Shown here: positions 37,263 through 46,140 of the stretch, piece after piece
How the letters are laid out: the number at the start of each line of letters is the position of its first letter
Numbering within the stretch: the first letter of the stretch is position 1
Assembly (NCBI GenBank): GCA_030141605.1
Contig: JAQGDQ010001057.1
Span: 1 to 64,000 of the forward strand
DNA from: Tubiluchus corallicola
Taxonomy: Eukaryota > Animalia > Priapulida
Direction: 5' to 3'
DNA length: 64,000 bases
Notes under the pieces: model-generated
What the model was told of the DNA's origin: nothing
Seen by the model: the letters and a program-made list of their open reading frames with translations, nothing else
Databases searched by the model: none
Program-made: the position numbers and the translations under genes

Positions 37263-38114
37263 TTGCTGTTGTTGTTGTTATTATTATAAGTCTTATTAAA
37301 CAATGAATACATTGTTTCCCCTCTATTTGCAGTGGTTCGTTTACAAAATATAACTATTTGCGATAACACGATTAATATACATAATGCCAATTAAGAATAA
37401 ATATAAAATATATACATAGTTTACACTATAATTTATATAACGATTAACTCAGTACGTGTTTTTCCGTGAATATAATTTGAATTAATTTATAGCAATTTTT
37501 TCCGCACAACATTTCTAACAATATTTATATATGCCTGGCACACATCTTTATCTCTGTTTAGATAAATCTCGCTTATGTTGGCTGAGGGCAGAACTTGTCT
37601 TAAATTTATTAAATTAATAATGCTTCCTAAATTAAAGTGACAGCATTAGTTGTCATGCCCACCGGCGTCTAATGATCATTTCCTATATTCGGTAAAAGAC
37701 TAGCAGACTAGTTGACTTTATAGTCTTTTTGCTATCCTTTCTCTAATTTTATTTCCATCCTTTTTAACCATTCTTCACGACTTACTGTTGATTCTGTTAT
37801 TAATAGTGTTCTATTGGAGTGTTCTGTAAAGGTGAATAAATTAAAATTGAATCGAATTCTTTCTCCTGTTCTTTTTCAACATCTACCTGGAATGATGCAA
37901 AATACGTGAATACCTTCATTAACGACTGACCGTTTCTTTTTTTTTCATTCTTCAGCAGAAGCATTTAATTCTCAGAGGTCCTCATCCGTCCCCCCTGTCG
38001 GCTCATCGGGGGTTTCTGGGTTGTAAACACTTCTCTAAAGCGAATGAGTGGCTAAAGGCGAAGGGAAAGGAGGAGATTGATTGGAGACACCTGCCGCCGG
38101 ACGAGATCATATGA
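4344..38114 (+). CDS. UNG: Uracil-DNA glycosylase (family 1), 3' part of gene: last two coding exons 4344-4522 and 37956-38114; upstream exons lie outside the window
   Basis: The joined translation [60 protein letters not shown]|[52 protein letters not shown] carries the UNG motifs GVLLLN, SH..KGWE.FT, VFLLWG, HPSPLS and GF.GC.HFSK.N. The GT donor (4523) and AG acceptor (37954-37955) are both phase 0. Confidence 0.93.
4788..5912. repeat. 71-bp minisatellite (~16 copies)
   Basis: Unit AGGTACTTAACTGTAGATTACAGCTGAA...TTTTAAGTGAGGTT. Confidence 0.95.
6136..6568. mobile_element. hAT (Charlie-like) MITE, family 1
   Basis: TIR CAGGGGTGTGCAAA/TTTGCACACCCCTG; perfect 8-bp TSD CCTTAGAA (6128-6135, 6569-6576). 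Confidence 0.9.
6842..7087 (-). CDS. SLC22 paralog A exon 9 (terminal)
   Basis: [41 protein letters not shown]...VEIWV*. Confidence 0.9.
   Translation of the reverse strand, partial: QRNFAWLQPVLFGSLAFAVGFVIILFPETRGKVLPETLDEWPYWKKHGHLSTLQKQSNTDKPLSATSNAKPILSASVEIWV
6842..19948 (-). CDS. SLC22-family (MFS) organic ion transporter, paralog A, 9 exons, 545 aa
   Basis: Exons 19948-19637, 19183-18953, 18733-18537, 17494-17258, 15499-15365, 12974-12889, 11435-11315, 10337-10265 and 7087-6842 sum to 1638 nt in one frame. Motifs: [55 protein letters not shown]. Confidence 0.92.
7723..8380 (-). mobile_element. 5'-truncated LINE (CR1/L2/Crack-like) 3' end, copy 1
   Basis: ORF2 C-terminus-like peptide (LQITQNKI...HDHYTRYS...KIWSSIP...FKK), 3'UTR stem-loop, short tandem tail; a 1-bp deletion relative to copy 2 frameshifts it. 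Confidence 0.75.
8611..10135. repeat. 46-bp minisatellite (~33 copies) with internal hairpin
   Basis: Unit GTCAGAGAGAGTAACTCGCAAAGCAGTTCACACTTGCGAGTTTGTT; stem AACTCGCAA/TTGCGAGTT. Confidence 0.96.
10265..10337 (-). CDS. SLC22 paralog A exon 8
   Basis: [24 protein letters not shown]|gtaagt. Confidence 0.9.
11315..11435 (-). CDS. SLC22 paralog A exon 7
   Basis: [39 protein letters not shown](R)|gtaatt. Confidence 0.9.
12470..12865. mobile_element. hAT-like MITE family 2 (TTCGAA-rich)
   Basis: TIR TAGGGGTGAGCAT/ATGCTCACCCCTA; perfect 8-bp TSD CTGCTCAC. Confidence 0.9.
12889..12974 (-). CDS. SLC22 paralog A exon 6
   Basis: (R)[28 protein letters not shown]|gtgagt; 86 bp as in paralog B. Confidence 0.88.
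13340..13527. repeat. 31-bp tandem repeat x6
   Basis: AGGCTGTCTTATTGCATACAGGACTTGTGTT. Confidence 0.93.
14264..15010. repeat. ~29-bp minisatellite (~25 copies)
   Basis: CTCTAACTCTCAGTGTTCAGTGCAGGACT and length variants. Confidence 0.95.
15365..15499 (-). CDS. SLC22 paralog A exon 5 (GC donor)
   Basis: [35 protein letters not shown]...SE(R); AG|gcgagt at the position of the paralog B GT donor. Confidence 0.85.
15501..16312. repeat. 81-bp minisatellite x10 abutting the paralog A exon 5 acceptor
   Basis: On the minus strand each unit contains the acceptor tract TTTCTTCCCTATTACCTTTGCTTACA; 324-bp (4-unit) higher-order duplication. Confidence 0.95.
17258..17494 (-). CDS. SLC22 paralog A exon 4
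   Basis: IIPESPHWL...DIYRTPSLR...FLV(W)|gtaaaa. Confidence 0.9.
17593..18566. repeat. 53-bp minisatellite x19 spanning the paralog A exon 3 donor
   Basis: Unit (minus strand) CCATTGCTTGTCACACTGGCATATTATTG|GTAAGAAAAGTTGATGTGACATT(A/G); two units are 43-bp deletion variants. Confidence 0.96.
18537..18733 (-). CDS. SLC22 paralog A exon 3
   Basis: tag|[22 protein letters not shown]...KDWRMLQ...LAYY(W)|gtaaga; same 197 bp length as paralog B exon 3. Confidence 0.9.
18953..19183 (-). CDS. SLC22 paralog A exon 2
   Basis: cag|WDLVCDR...DMFGRK...RFFIAVFET|gtaagt. Confidence 0.92.
19637..19948 (-). CDS. SLC22 paralog A exon 1
   Basis: [19 protein letters not shown]...[18 protein letters not shown]|gtatgt. 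Confidence 0.9.
21240..21310 (-). mobile_element. Possible degraded L1/Tx1-type RT fragment
   Basis: [17 protein letters not shown] resembles the K(S/T)PG.DG(F/L)T.EF motif preceding non-LTR RT domains; no continuous ORF. Confidence 0.35.
21497..21745 (-). CDS. SLC22 paralog B exon 9 (terminal)
   Basis: [20 protein letters not shown]...[16 protein letters not shown]...AEVWL*. Confidence 0.9.
   Translation of the reverse strand, partial: QRKFKWLQPVLFGSLAFFAGFVIIFFPETKGKVLPESLEDWLYWKEHGQLDIRDGQTETSRNGQIVVSSAKPTSSATAEVWL
21497..34851 (-). CDS. SLC22-family (MFS) organic ion transporter, paralog B, 9 exons, 545 aa
   Basis: Exons 34851-34531, 33779-33549, 30679-30483, 29645-29412, 25716-25582, 25351-25266, 24059-23948, 22482-22410 and 21745-21497 sum to 1638 nt in one frame. 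Same intron positions and phases as paralog A; all introns GT-AG. Confidence 0.92.
22410..22482 (-). CDS. SLC22 paralog B exon 8
   Basis: [24 protein letters not shown]|gtacgt. Confidence 0.9.
22853..23540. repeat. 137-bp tandem repeat x5 containing a stem-loop
   Basis: Period 137 (22854, 22991, 23128...); AGGTGAGTGT...GACCATACGGTC...ACACTCACCT. Confidence 0.93.
23948..24059 (-). CDS. SLC22 paralog B exon 7
   Basis: [36 protein letters not shown](R)|gtgagt. Confidence 0.9.
24097..24553. mobile_element. piggyBac-like MITE
   Basis: TTAA|CCCTTTCA...TGAAAGGG|TTAA. Confidence 0.88.
24640..25217. mobile_element. Kolobok-like non-autonomous element; related copies at ~10430-11166 and ~54650-55195
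   Basis: TTAA|AGGA...TCCT|TTAA ends; shared body (GATGACATCACAA, GCACGTGTTTG) across three copies. Confidence 0.65.
25266..25351 (-). CDS. SLC22 paralog B exon 6
   Basis: [28 protein letters not shown]|gtaagc. Confidence 0.9.
25582..25716 (-). CDS. SLC22 paralog B exon 5
   Basis: [44 protein letters not shown](R)|gtaagc. Confidence 0.9.
25917..27240. repeat. 49-bp minisatellite (~27 copies)
   Basis: GTGAAGATATGTTCCTAAGTTACTTCTGGAAACTTGTAGTTAGTACCAG. Confidence 0.96.
27548..28006. mobile_element. hAT MITE family 1 copy
   Basis: Same TIR and body, reverse orientation; TSD CTCTATAC/CTCTAGAT. Confidence 0.85.
28500..28875. repeat. Variable-length (~37-53 bp) minisatellite
   Basis: Core GCCTGTGTAAAGGCATGTCTTTGCTCGTGTGGTTGC repeated 8 times. 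Confidence 0.92.
28962..29383. mobile_element. hAT-like MITE family 3 (GC-rich ends)
   Basis: TIR CAGTGCCTATTTCA/TGAAATAGGCCCTG; TSD CTAATTAC/CTAATTAT. Confidence 0.82.
29412..29645 (-). CDS. SLC22 paralog B exon 4
   Basis: IMPESVHWL...IYRTPTLR...LLI(W)|gtaaag. Confidence 0.9.
30483..30679 (-). CDS. SLC22 paralog B exon 3
   Basis: [15 protein letters not shown]...DWRHLQ...FAYF(W)|gtaaga. Confidence 0.9.
31075..31530. repeat. Degenerate ~50-60 bp tandem repeat
   Basis: AAAGTGATAACTACAGACATAACACATAATATAAATCACACACAGAACACCTT, about 8 copies. Confidence 0.88.
32901..33402. mobile_element. hAT MITE family 1 copy
   Basis: TIRs intact; TSD CTTTAAAC/CTTTAAAG. Confidence 0.88.
33549..33779 (-). CDS. 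SLC22 paralog B exon 2
   Basis: tag|WDLVCDR...DLIGRK...RFFTAVFQT|gtgagt. Confidence 0.92.
34311..34572. repeat. 43-bp tandem repeat x6 spanning the paralog B exon 1 donor
   Basis: Minus-strand GT donors at 34530, 34487, 34444, 34401, 34358 and 34315. Confidence 0.95.
34531..34851 (-). CDS. SLC22 paralog B exon 1
   Basis: [19 protein letters not shown]...[18 protein letters not shown]|gtatgt. Confidence 0.9.
35553..36211 (-). mobile_element. 5'-truncated LINE (CR1/L2/Crack-like) 3' end, copy 2
   Basis: ORF 35800-36249 encodes an ORF2 C-terminus-like peptide; near-identical to 7723-8380. Confidence 0.78.
37956..38114 (+). CDS. UNG: UNG last coding exon with HPSPLS catalytic His / Leu-intercalation loop
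   Basis: Long polypyrimidine tract + ttcag|CAG; [33 protein letters not shown]...IDW...TGA at 38112-38114; AATAAA at 38129. Not present in the supplied ORF track. Confidence 0.92.
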   Translation, partial: QKHLILRGPHPSPLSAHRGFLGCKHFSKANEWLKAKGKEEIDWRHLPPDEII

Positions 38115-38130
38115 AAGGTTTTCACGATAA

Positions 38131-38503
38131 TAAACCTTTTCACAGTTTCGTTGTTGCTGTAGGTCAAAGGTTAAGTGTACCACAGCAACGAGTTTCAATT
38201 ACAATCGTCGTGTGGGTAGAGCAAAGCCGTCTGCTGCATCAGTTTAGTAACTTCAGTTGTTTTACGTGGAATTTACTTAATTTTGCATTAGTGTGTGTTT
38301 GTGTAGAGTGATTTACTGGCAGGATCTTGCTTGGGAAGAAAAAAATGAAGTAGGTAAGGTTCTAGCTAGCTGTTAAAAGTTTTACTATTACAACAGCATG
38401 GGCAGTGAGACGTTGTCAGGCGCACGCAAATACGTTGTCTGGTACATTTAAACTTTGGCCTTTTCACGATCGTCATCAATCGCTGGAACTGTGAAAAGGC
38501 TTA
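38131..38503. mobile_element. TA-flanked MITE (TIR AGCCTTTTCACAGTT); relatives at ~11560, 22100, 33960-34273, 42470-43175, 56170-56610 and 62400-62753
   Basis: TA|AACCTTTTCACAGTT...AACTGTGAAAAGGCT|TA; internal GGTCAAAGGTTAAGTGTACC motif recurs across the window. Confidence 0.75.
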
Positions 38504-38754
38504 TTCTGTTTTTCTTTTCAAATGGTTTTTTGTTGTTGTTGAAGTCTGTTTACTTTTGCTCATCGTTGGTTTCCCTTTTCTAGGCATGATGGCCGTACTA
38601 AACCTGGATGAAAAGCTGTGATTTAAACACCTTGGAATGTTGCGTGGATAACCGAATGATGTTGTTGCTGAAGAAGCTGCATTGATGTGCAACTTATGTT
38701 TCATTGAAATTATTAAAATACGGTTTTAATTTTGTGCATTTTTATGTCAACACA

Positions 38755-40109
38755 TTAGTGTACAATGTACAAGGTATCAGTGGAGGCTCGTGAATACTGT
38801 ATAGGTGCTGTGATACTGCAGCACAACTTATTTTCACTCGATAATATTCAATACGATAAGTGTTTTTTCTTCAAATCTTTATTTATACTTGTACGAAACC
38901 AGAGTACACGAGGGTAGTACTGTTTGCTTCATAGCCGGGCACAGTTCGCACCAGCAACGCGGTGTTTGACTGTTGTGCGCATGCGGCCATGTGCACATGT
39001 CTGAGCTCAGGTAGAGAAAGTACTGTCGCTCACACAGTTTGTCGTCAGATGTCACGTGCATTTGTTTTTCACATTTGTTTAAAGTGGACACTTCACTGCA
39101 TGACAATAATAATGGAAATTCAAGGAGAAAGTTTGAGAAAGGAAACATTATTGTGACTTTCCTACTTGAAAACGTCGTCTAAGCCAATAGATTTATGTGA
39201 TCAGATCGGTCATCTATTGGATTTGTATGGTCAGATCGGTCACTCTGGTTGGTGGACCATGTCTTTGTCATTAGAACATGTTTAAATATCTTTGTCGCGC
39301 ATTACAATTTCTTGACATACGAAAGTTTTTAGCACTAACTAAAAAATTACTAAAATTACAGACTTGTAACTTTCAGAGTGACAAGTCAGTAAATCGTAAT
39401 TTTACGCTGTGAAATTTAGACTTGATAGGTCCGTTGCTTCTATTATTACCATCATCTAAAGTTCAGTACATTTTTTCTGTGCCACCCAATATGATTTTCC
39501 AATTAAAATCATTAGAGTGGCGCCTTATTATTCTGTTTCTGGTACAAACATTGCAGTGGCGGCTCGTAGCTCAAATTAGTGGAGGGGGGGGGGCGACTAC
39601 TTCAGAAAATTTTTAGCAATTGTTTTAATAGTGTATAAAAACAAAACAAACGTGTAATTTTAATGTTGTAATTTGTAATTGTAATTTTAAACAAACAAAC
39701 GTATGAAAATTTATACATAAAAATGATAAAATCCTAAACAAAAAAAGTTTTTGCTTACTAATACCTAAATTGTCGCAGTTCAAGCTCGATCCATTCACGC
39801 TAAGCACGTGACATCTGACAAGAAACTGTGTGAGGGACAGTACTTTCTCTACCCGGGCTCAGAGGTGTGCACATGGCCGCCTGCGCACAACAGTCAAACA
39901 CCGCGTTGCTGGTGCAAACTCTGCCCGGCTATGAAGCAAACAGTACTACCCTCGTGTAGTCTGGTTCCGTACAAGTATAAAGAAAGATTTGAAGAAAAAA
40001 CACTTGAACGTATTGAATATTATCGAGTGAAAATAAGTTGTGCTGCAGTACCACAACACCTATACAGTATTCACGAGCCTCCACTGATACCTTGTACATT
40101 GTACACTAA
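38755..40109. repeat. ~305-bp inverted repeat (38755-39059 / 39804-40109) with 744-bp spacer
   Basis: The arms are reverse complements along their whole length, with scattered substitutions. Confidence 0.92.
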
Positions 40110-40899
40110 CGTACAGTCATCTTAGCTAATTATGCAAACAGTTTTGCTATTATTTAATTTACATTATCCAGTGTTCCAATAATTAGTCAAAAAAATTCAC
40201 TTTATTTTACTATTTTTAATCAAATTTAGGATAAAACTGCCACCAAAGAAGCATTGTGGCACATTCTGTGAACAGGCTCAAGCATGCTTAACTGCTTTCC
40301 TACACAAAGTGATTCGTAAACCAATTTAAACGTCCATGTGACTTCCACTAAACATTTCGTCTACTGAATCTTATTGTAAACAACTCTGCCTCTGTCGTCC
40401 TTGTTTTTGTTTACTAAAATACAGCGAATTATAAATAAGTTGAAAAACTGATTAGCATTAAAAATGATGTTTGTGATAAATGTGAAGCATCATGATGGCT
40501 TTGGTTGATAAATTGTCTTGTCTGATCATTGCAGCATCTCACTGACAATTCTTGTATCTTAATTTGTCGTATTTTATGAACATCATATTGACGTGAGTTT
40601 GTAAATTGTGCTGTGAAACTATTATATCATGTATCGTGTTGTTCTCTGAAAATAAAACTGATTTTTTTTTACTTTGAAAAGCTTTTTGTTGATTGCTTAA
40701 TGTTTTGTGTATCTAAAGATCTGTATGTTTGTGTTTTGTGTATCTGAAGAAATGATATTTACTAGTTGCATTGTTTCTGAATTTCCAGCTCACGATTCTA
40801 TCTAGAGGCAATCAAAAGTTCTAGACATACTGTCACAACTAGATGCAACTTCTTGATTATATTAGCCACCTTTCTTTCAGTCTACCTGTTTTCATCCCT

Positions 40900-40982
40900 C
40901 GTTTCTTTCTCTCTCTCCCTCTTTCTCTCCTGTCTCTCTCCTCCTTTTTTCTCGCTTCCTCCTCTCTCTCTTTCTCTCTCTT

Positions 40983-41017
<35 letters not shown>

Positions 41018-41072
41018 CTTTTTTCTCGCTTCCTCCACTCTCTCTCTCTCCCCTCCCCTTTTTCTTTCTCGC

Positions 41073-41125
<53 letters not shown>

Positions 41126-41350
41126 CCCTGTCCTCCCTCTTTCTCTCTTCTCCCACTCCTCTCCCCTTTTCTCTTTCTCTCTCTATCTCTCTTACTCACA
41201 CTTTACCCTCTTCTAGCTCTCTCTCTCTCTCTCTTTCTCCTCCCCTCCCTCTTTCTCCCTGCTCCTACTCCCTCTCTTTTCCCTTTTCTGTTTCTCTTTC
41301 TCTCTCTCTCTCCTATCGAGAGAGAGGGGGAGCAAGAGAGAGAGAGAGAT
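40900..41350. repeat. (CT)n-rich low-complexity tract
   Basis: Direct inspection. Confidence 0.95.
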
Positions 41351-41557
41351 GTTATTAAATCGCAAATGGAGGACAGAAATGCATATACAGGTATGCTGCA
41401 TGATCTAAAACCAGTGTCTTTAGCACTTGTTTGTTTGCTTGGGTATGTGTTATTGTTCATGTAAGCCTAGTGGAACCAGGTTCATTCCAATTAAAGAGGC
41501 ACCGGTCTGCCAGCGACTACTACAAGTCTGTTGCAAACTCTAAGCTGCTTCCTTTAA

Positions 41558-42015
41558 CCCTTTCATACCCGTTGTATCCCGTGAGATACTAGAATAATTG
41601 CTGCCTTTAAAATTAATAAAATTTTAAAACTGACAGTTATTTGATCTGTTAATAGTTATTTTTATTTAAGCCAATAACAAGAGACTAAAAATGGTGATAA
41701 AATGGCAAACTAGAAAATCTACATATCATAAAAAACTGCACAAGGTACAGTACTTTAGAGACGACTTTGTACAGATCGGCATTGCATGCATACTAAATGT
41801 CTTAAATACTTTGAAAAATTATCAGCAGTTGCAAAATGAAGCACATTTTATGCTTCCATTGAATCCCAATGTATCCCGTGGGATACAGGCTATATTTAGC
41901 ACGCGGGCACAGGTAGAAAAAAAATTATTATGTGTAAACAAGATGGACATACTGAACAAAAGTACCAAGCCAAAAACTTTTTCTTACCAAAAAAATAATT
42001 TGGGGACTGAAAGGG
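41558..42015. mobile_element. piggyBac-like MITE copy (reverse orientation)
   Basis: TTAA TSD, CCCTTTCA termini, body matches 24097-24553. Confidence 0.88.
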
Positions 42016-43749
42016 TTAAAATTACTTAAATAACGGTGATGATATGACTCTAATGCATTTGAGTTTACGTTGTTTTAATAAAGTCGTCCTATTTTTAGGA
42101 AAAAAATCTGATTAATATTACCGACTTGGCTAATTGTTGAATGTCACTAATTGTTATTCCCAATCCCGACAGGCTTTTAAAACGTCGCATTTTATTGTAA
42201 TTTTCCAACAGGAAAGACCCTGTGGAATTAATCCCTACTTAGTCGCAAGAATGCCATAATCTGTTGAACAAAATTCAATTTAAATGTTTTATTGGCTTAA
42301 GCTTTGTACGTTTCATGCGGCGCTAGAATTTACAATGAGCTTTCGCTTGGTTATTACCATATGTTGACTTCTCCTTTAACTTAGGGCAATATCAGTAACA
42401 ATGTCAGGTGTTCCAAGGGCAATAGCATGATATTGTGCAGACTTACGCTTTGCCATTTCCACATTACGCATTTTCACAGTTCCAACGATTGATGATGATC
42501 GTGAGAAGGTCAAAGGTTAAGTGTACCAGACAACGCATTTTTTTACACCAGACAATAAATAACTACGAAAGTTTTTGCTGAATCTATCAAAGTGGTTTAT
42601 TTATGATATTGCAGCAATGATCAGGCTGAAATAACAACAACAAAATAATTACATATAATACTGCCATACTGCATAGAGCATAAGCACAAATATAAATGTT
42701 TCGAATTATACTAATTTAAGAATTGTTCCTTTAATCACAAAAGTGTAACTGCAAATAATATGCCGCTCTAAATGTTAAACATCTGCTTGACACTGCATGG
42801 AGTTCTTATTGTTAAATGTGTTAAAAATTGCCTCCTGGCAAACGGCAATACGGGTGCTCTTCATATGCAGAAATCTTCAATATCTTCTAGACAATGCCTT
42901 GCAACCCATTCTACTGTAATAGTGACAGTTTTAACAGGAAGCTAGAACCTTACCTAGTCGATTTTTTCTTGTTTCCAAGCAAGACTTTTTAATAAACCGC
43001 CCTATGCACAGACTAATGCATAATTAAGTTAAGTTCGCATAAAACTATTGAACAGATGCGGCAGACGGCATTGCTTTACCCACACGTCATTCGACGGTTG
43101 TAGTTAAGACGCGCTGATGTGGCACACTTAACCTATGACCTGCAGCAACTGTACTTCCGCACAACGAAACTGTTAAAAGATTTAAAGTGTATATATTTAT
43201 TGCACCGCCCTGTACCGACACATACCAGAACAAAGCCGCCATTATTCGCGCAAATTGACACGAAGCTAAATAAATTAATATAGACGTTAGCTACCCAATG
43301 CTCATAGCTTTGCATAATGCTAGCAGTAATTGCATAGGATTCATGTAGTAAGTCAAATGATTGCACGAGCGAATCTGTTTTGTTCCATTCTATTCTACAA
43401 GATTTATTTACCATCGCTCGTTTAGCAGACATCATTAGCACGTTAGCACGATTTTTGTTGCTTATGCCTTTTCTACATACACCAACCACATAAAAAATGT
43501 CATTGCCCTGTGACTAAACTTGTATTTTTAATAAGGGGCAGCTGACCAAGTGACCAATAGGTCTTTCACTGCTCCTTCTCAGCTGCAATGAAATGTAAAA
43601 ATAATTATGAAGAATTTTAACTGCTATTGAGAAAATAAAATTGAATTGAATTGGCAGCCGCAAGACTCGAACTACGTGGTTGCTGTCCGAAATCCAGACT
43701 ACTCAGCCACCCAACCCGGGACGAATGTACGTATCGTAGGTGTTCTTCT

Positions 43750-44455
43750 ATTACTACTGTTGCTGCTACTACTGCTGCTGCTGCTGGTGGTGGTGCTGAT
43801 GATGATGAAGGAGAAGAAGATGGTGATGACGATGATGAAGGCATTACTATCTGTTTTATTTATTGTGTTTGATGTTTAATAAACGTGTAGTTTTGTAATC
43901 TGACTCTTCATAGTTTTGCCATTCCTAAAGCATCAATAATCAGCTATACACAACCAATACAACGAATTATTTTTACTTCTGCTGCTGGTGGTGGTGGTGC
44001 AGATGATGATGATGATGATGATGATGATACTGCTGCAGCTGTTACAGATGCCCCTGCTACTGTGCCAATGACTGCTGTTGGTTCTCTGCTACTGCTGCTG
44101 CTGGTGGTGGTGCTGATGATGATGAAGAAGAAGATGTTGGCGATGATGACGATGATGAAGATGATGATGATACTGTTACAGATGATGCATACGCTACTGT
44201 GCCGATGGCAGCTATTGCTTCTCTGCTACTGCTGCCGTTGCTGCTACTGCTGGTGTTGCTGCTACTGCTACTGCTGCCGCTGCTGCTACTGCTGGTGTTG
44301 CTGCTACTGCTGCTGTTGCTGCTACTGCTGGTGTTGCTGCTACTGCTGCCGCTGCTGCTACTGCTGGTGTTGCTGCTACTGCTGCCGCTGCTGCTACTGC
44401 TGGTGTTGCTGCTACTGCTGGTGTTGCTGCTACTGCTGCTGTTGCTGCTACTATT
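43750..44455. repeat. (CTG/CTA/GAT)n trinucleotide tracts
   Basis: Direct inspection. Confidence 0.9.
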
Positions 44456-44544
44456 AATGGTGTGGCACTATGACATCGATTCTAAAATAAGAAACAAAAT
44501 GGGAAATGAATTGCACAGGATAATTGCGAGTTATGAACGTTCAT

Positions 44545-44995
44545 AAAAGGAAAAGTCAAGCCTTCTGGGAACAAGTCTTATTCCAATGTTCGTGAAGAAT
44601 GCTAGAAAAAATTTATAATAAAAGCGTGATAACTCGGTCATGTAATTGGTTTCATTTCCCATTCTTCTTCCAATGACGTCATTAATCTTGAAGAAAAGTA
44701 GCGCACTGCCAAAGTTTTGACAAAAAAAAATAGGTCTAATATTTTTGAGCGAACATTTAAGTAAGCTGCAGATTTTTGAATTAGTTTGAGCAGCTCGCAC
44801 TTACGAAAAGTCACGAAATCCACCAGATACGTCATAATTTTCAAGCGAATGCCGGCAACCACCACGCCTGAAAAACATCCACCAGTAGTATTTATAAGTA
44901 ATCTTTATGATTCATAAACAGGTTTTTGCATTTTCCTTTGTTAAATTTTCAAGAGTAAAATAAACCCAACATGTTAATTAACGTGTCCATTTCCT
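44545..44995. mobile_element. Second Kolobok-like dispersed repeat; relatives at ~16370-16930, 47070-47470, 59880-60083 and 62070-62272
   Basis: AAAGGAAAAGTCAAGCCTTCTGGGA terminus and CAATGACGTCATT core recur in these copies. Confidence 0.55.
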
Positions 44996-45870
44996 CATCA
45001 AAACCGAATAAGTAAAAAATCAGCTCAAAATCCAGTAGCTTCCAATTTACACTTTAATTCAATAAACCTCATTATTTCAAATTTCTAAACTGAACTTCTT
45101 AAAGTTAAACTAAGTCCTCACTACAGTTTAAGCTTTTGCAACTAAAATCCTACTTCCATTAGGCATGTTCAATATATTTTATTATAAACTTACTGTAAAA
45201 CTTGTTATTTTGATTTTTCATCACTTCCTCGTTAGCGGTATTAAATCTGAACCGCCATTTTTCGTTGCGCAAAACGAATGACGTCATCTGTGCAGTCACG
45301 AGGTCACCAAACATCGGTAACCAAGGACGCTTTCGGTATTACATACGTCATTCTCTCGCTCACTCGCGCAAAAGACGCGAAACATGGCGATCTTTGCAGC
45401 AATGCACGTGTTCGAAAATCCTTGGAAAAGATAAGAGATTTCATTTATATTATTAAATTATATTATATTATTAACTTAATTATTATTTATTTATTTATTT
45501 ATTTTTGTTTAATATTAAATATGAATCTGTTTTCTATGTTTTCTCTAGCCGGGATAATAATGCTATAAATGCTTTTGCAAATCTTTTCTCGGATGAATTC
45601 CTATCGTCCTTCGCCCGTATATAAGCAGTCTTTGGTGATGAAATTTTACAACTCTCGTCGTGTTTTCTATATGCTGTTTTGTTTTTATTTATGACTACAT
45701 GGTATGTGAATTTACGTTAGAATTGATAATTATGTTTATTATAATTGCACTCACTGTTTTTTATTGTGTATAATGTGTGTAAATTTCTGTTACTAAGTAT
45801 TGAAATATGTTCGTTATCGTTTATTATGTATGTATGTAGTGTTGTATTATAATTTGTAATTATAATTTAG

Positions 45871-46140
45871 ACCAGACGGCGTAGTCTAGTGGTAATGCGT
45901 CTGCTTTCCGTCTGGGAGGTCGTGAGTTCGAACCATTCGAGGCCGGGTCATACCAAAGACTTTAAAAATGGTACCTGCTGTTGCCCTGCCTGACGCTTGG
46001 TATTTAGGGTAAAAGTGGGGTAATAATAGTCTCTGTTATGTAGTTGCAGGTTGTTATTTACAGTCGGCGATAATAGCTCTTTGAACTAATGTTAATTGTT
46101 GACACAAAAGCTGACTTTAAATAAAGATTATTATTATTAT
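45871..46140 (+). mobile_element. tRNA-derived SINE
   Basis: A box TAGTCTAGTGG, B box GAGTTCGAACC, central GGTCATACCAAAGACTTTAAAAATGGTACC segment (resembles the Meta-SINE core as recalled), (ATT)n tail; related pieces at 35240-35420 and 36416-36540 on the minus strand. Confidence 0.8.

Noticed and set aside
45875-45950. tRNA gene
   Set aside because: A and B boxes are present, but no convincing cloverleaf or acceptor stem, and it runs into a SINE core and (ATT)n tail.
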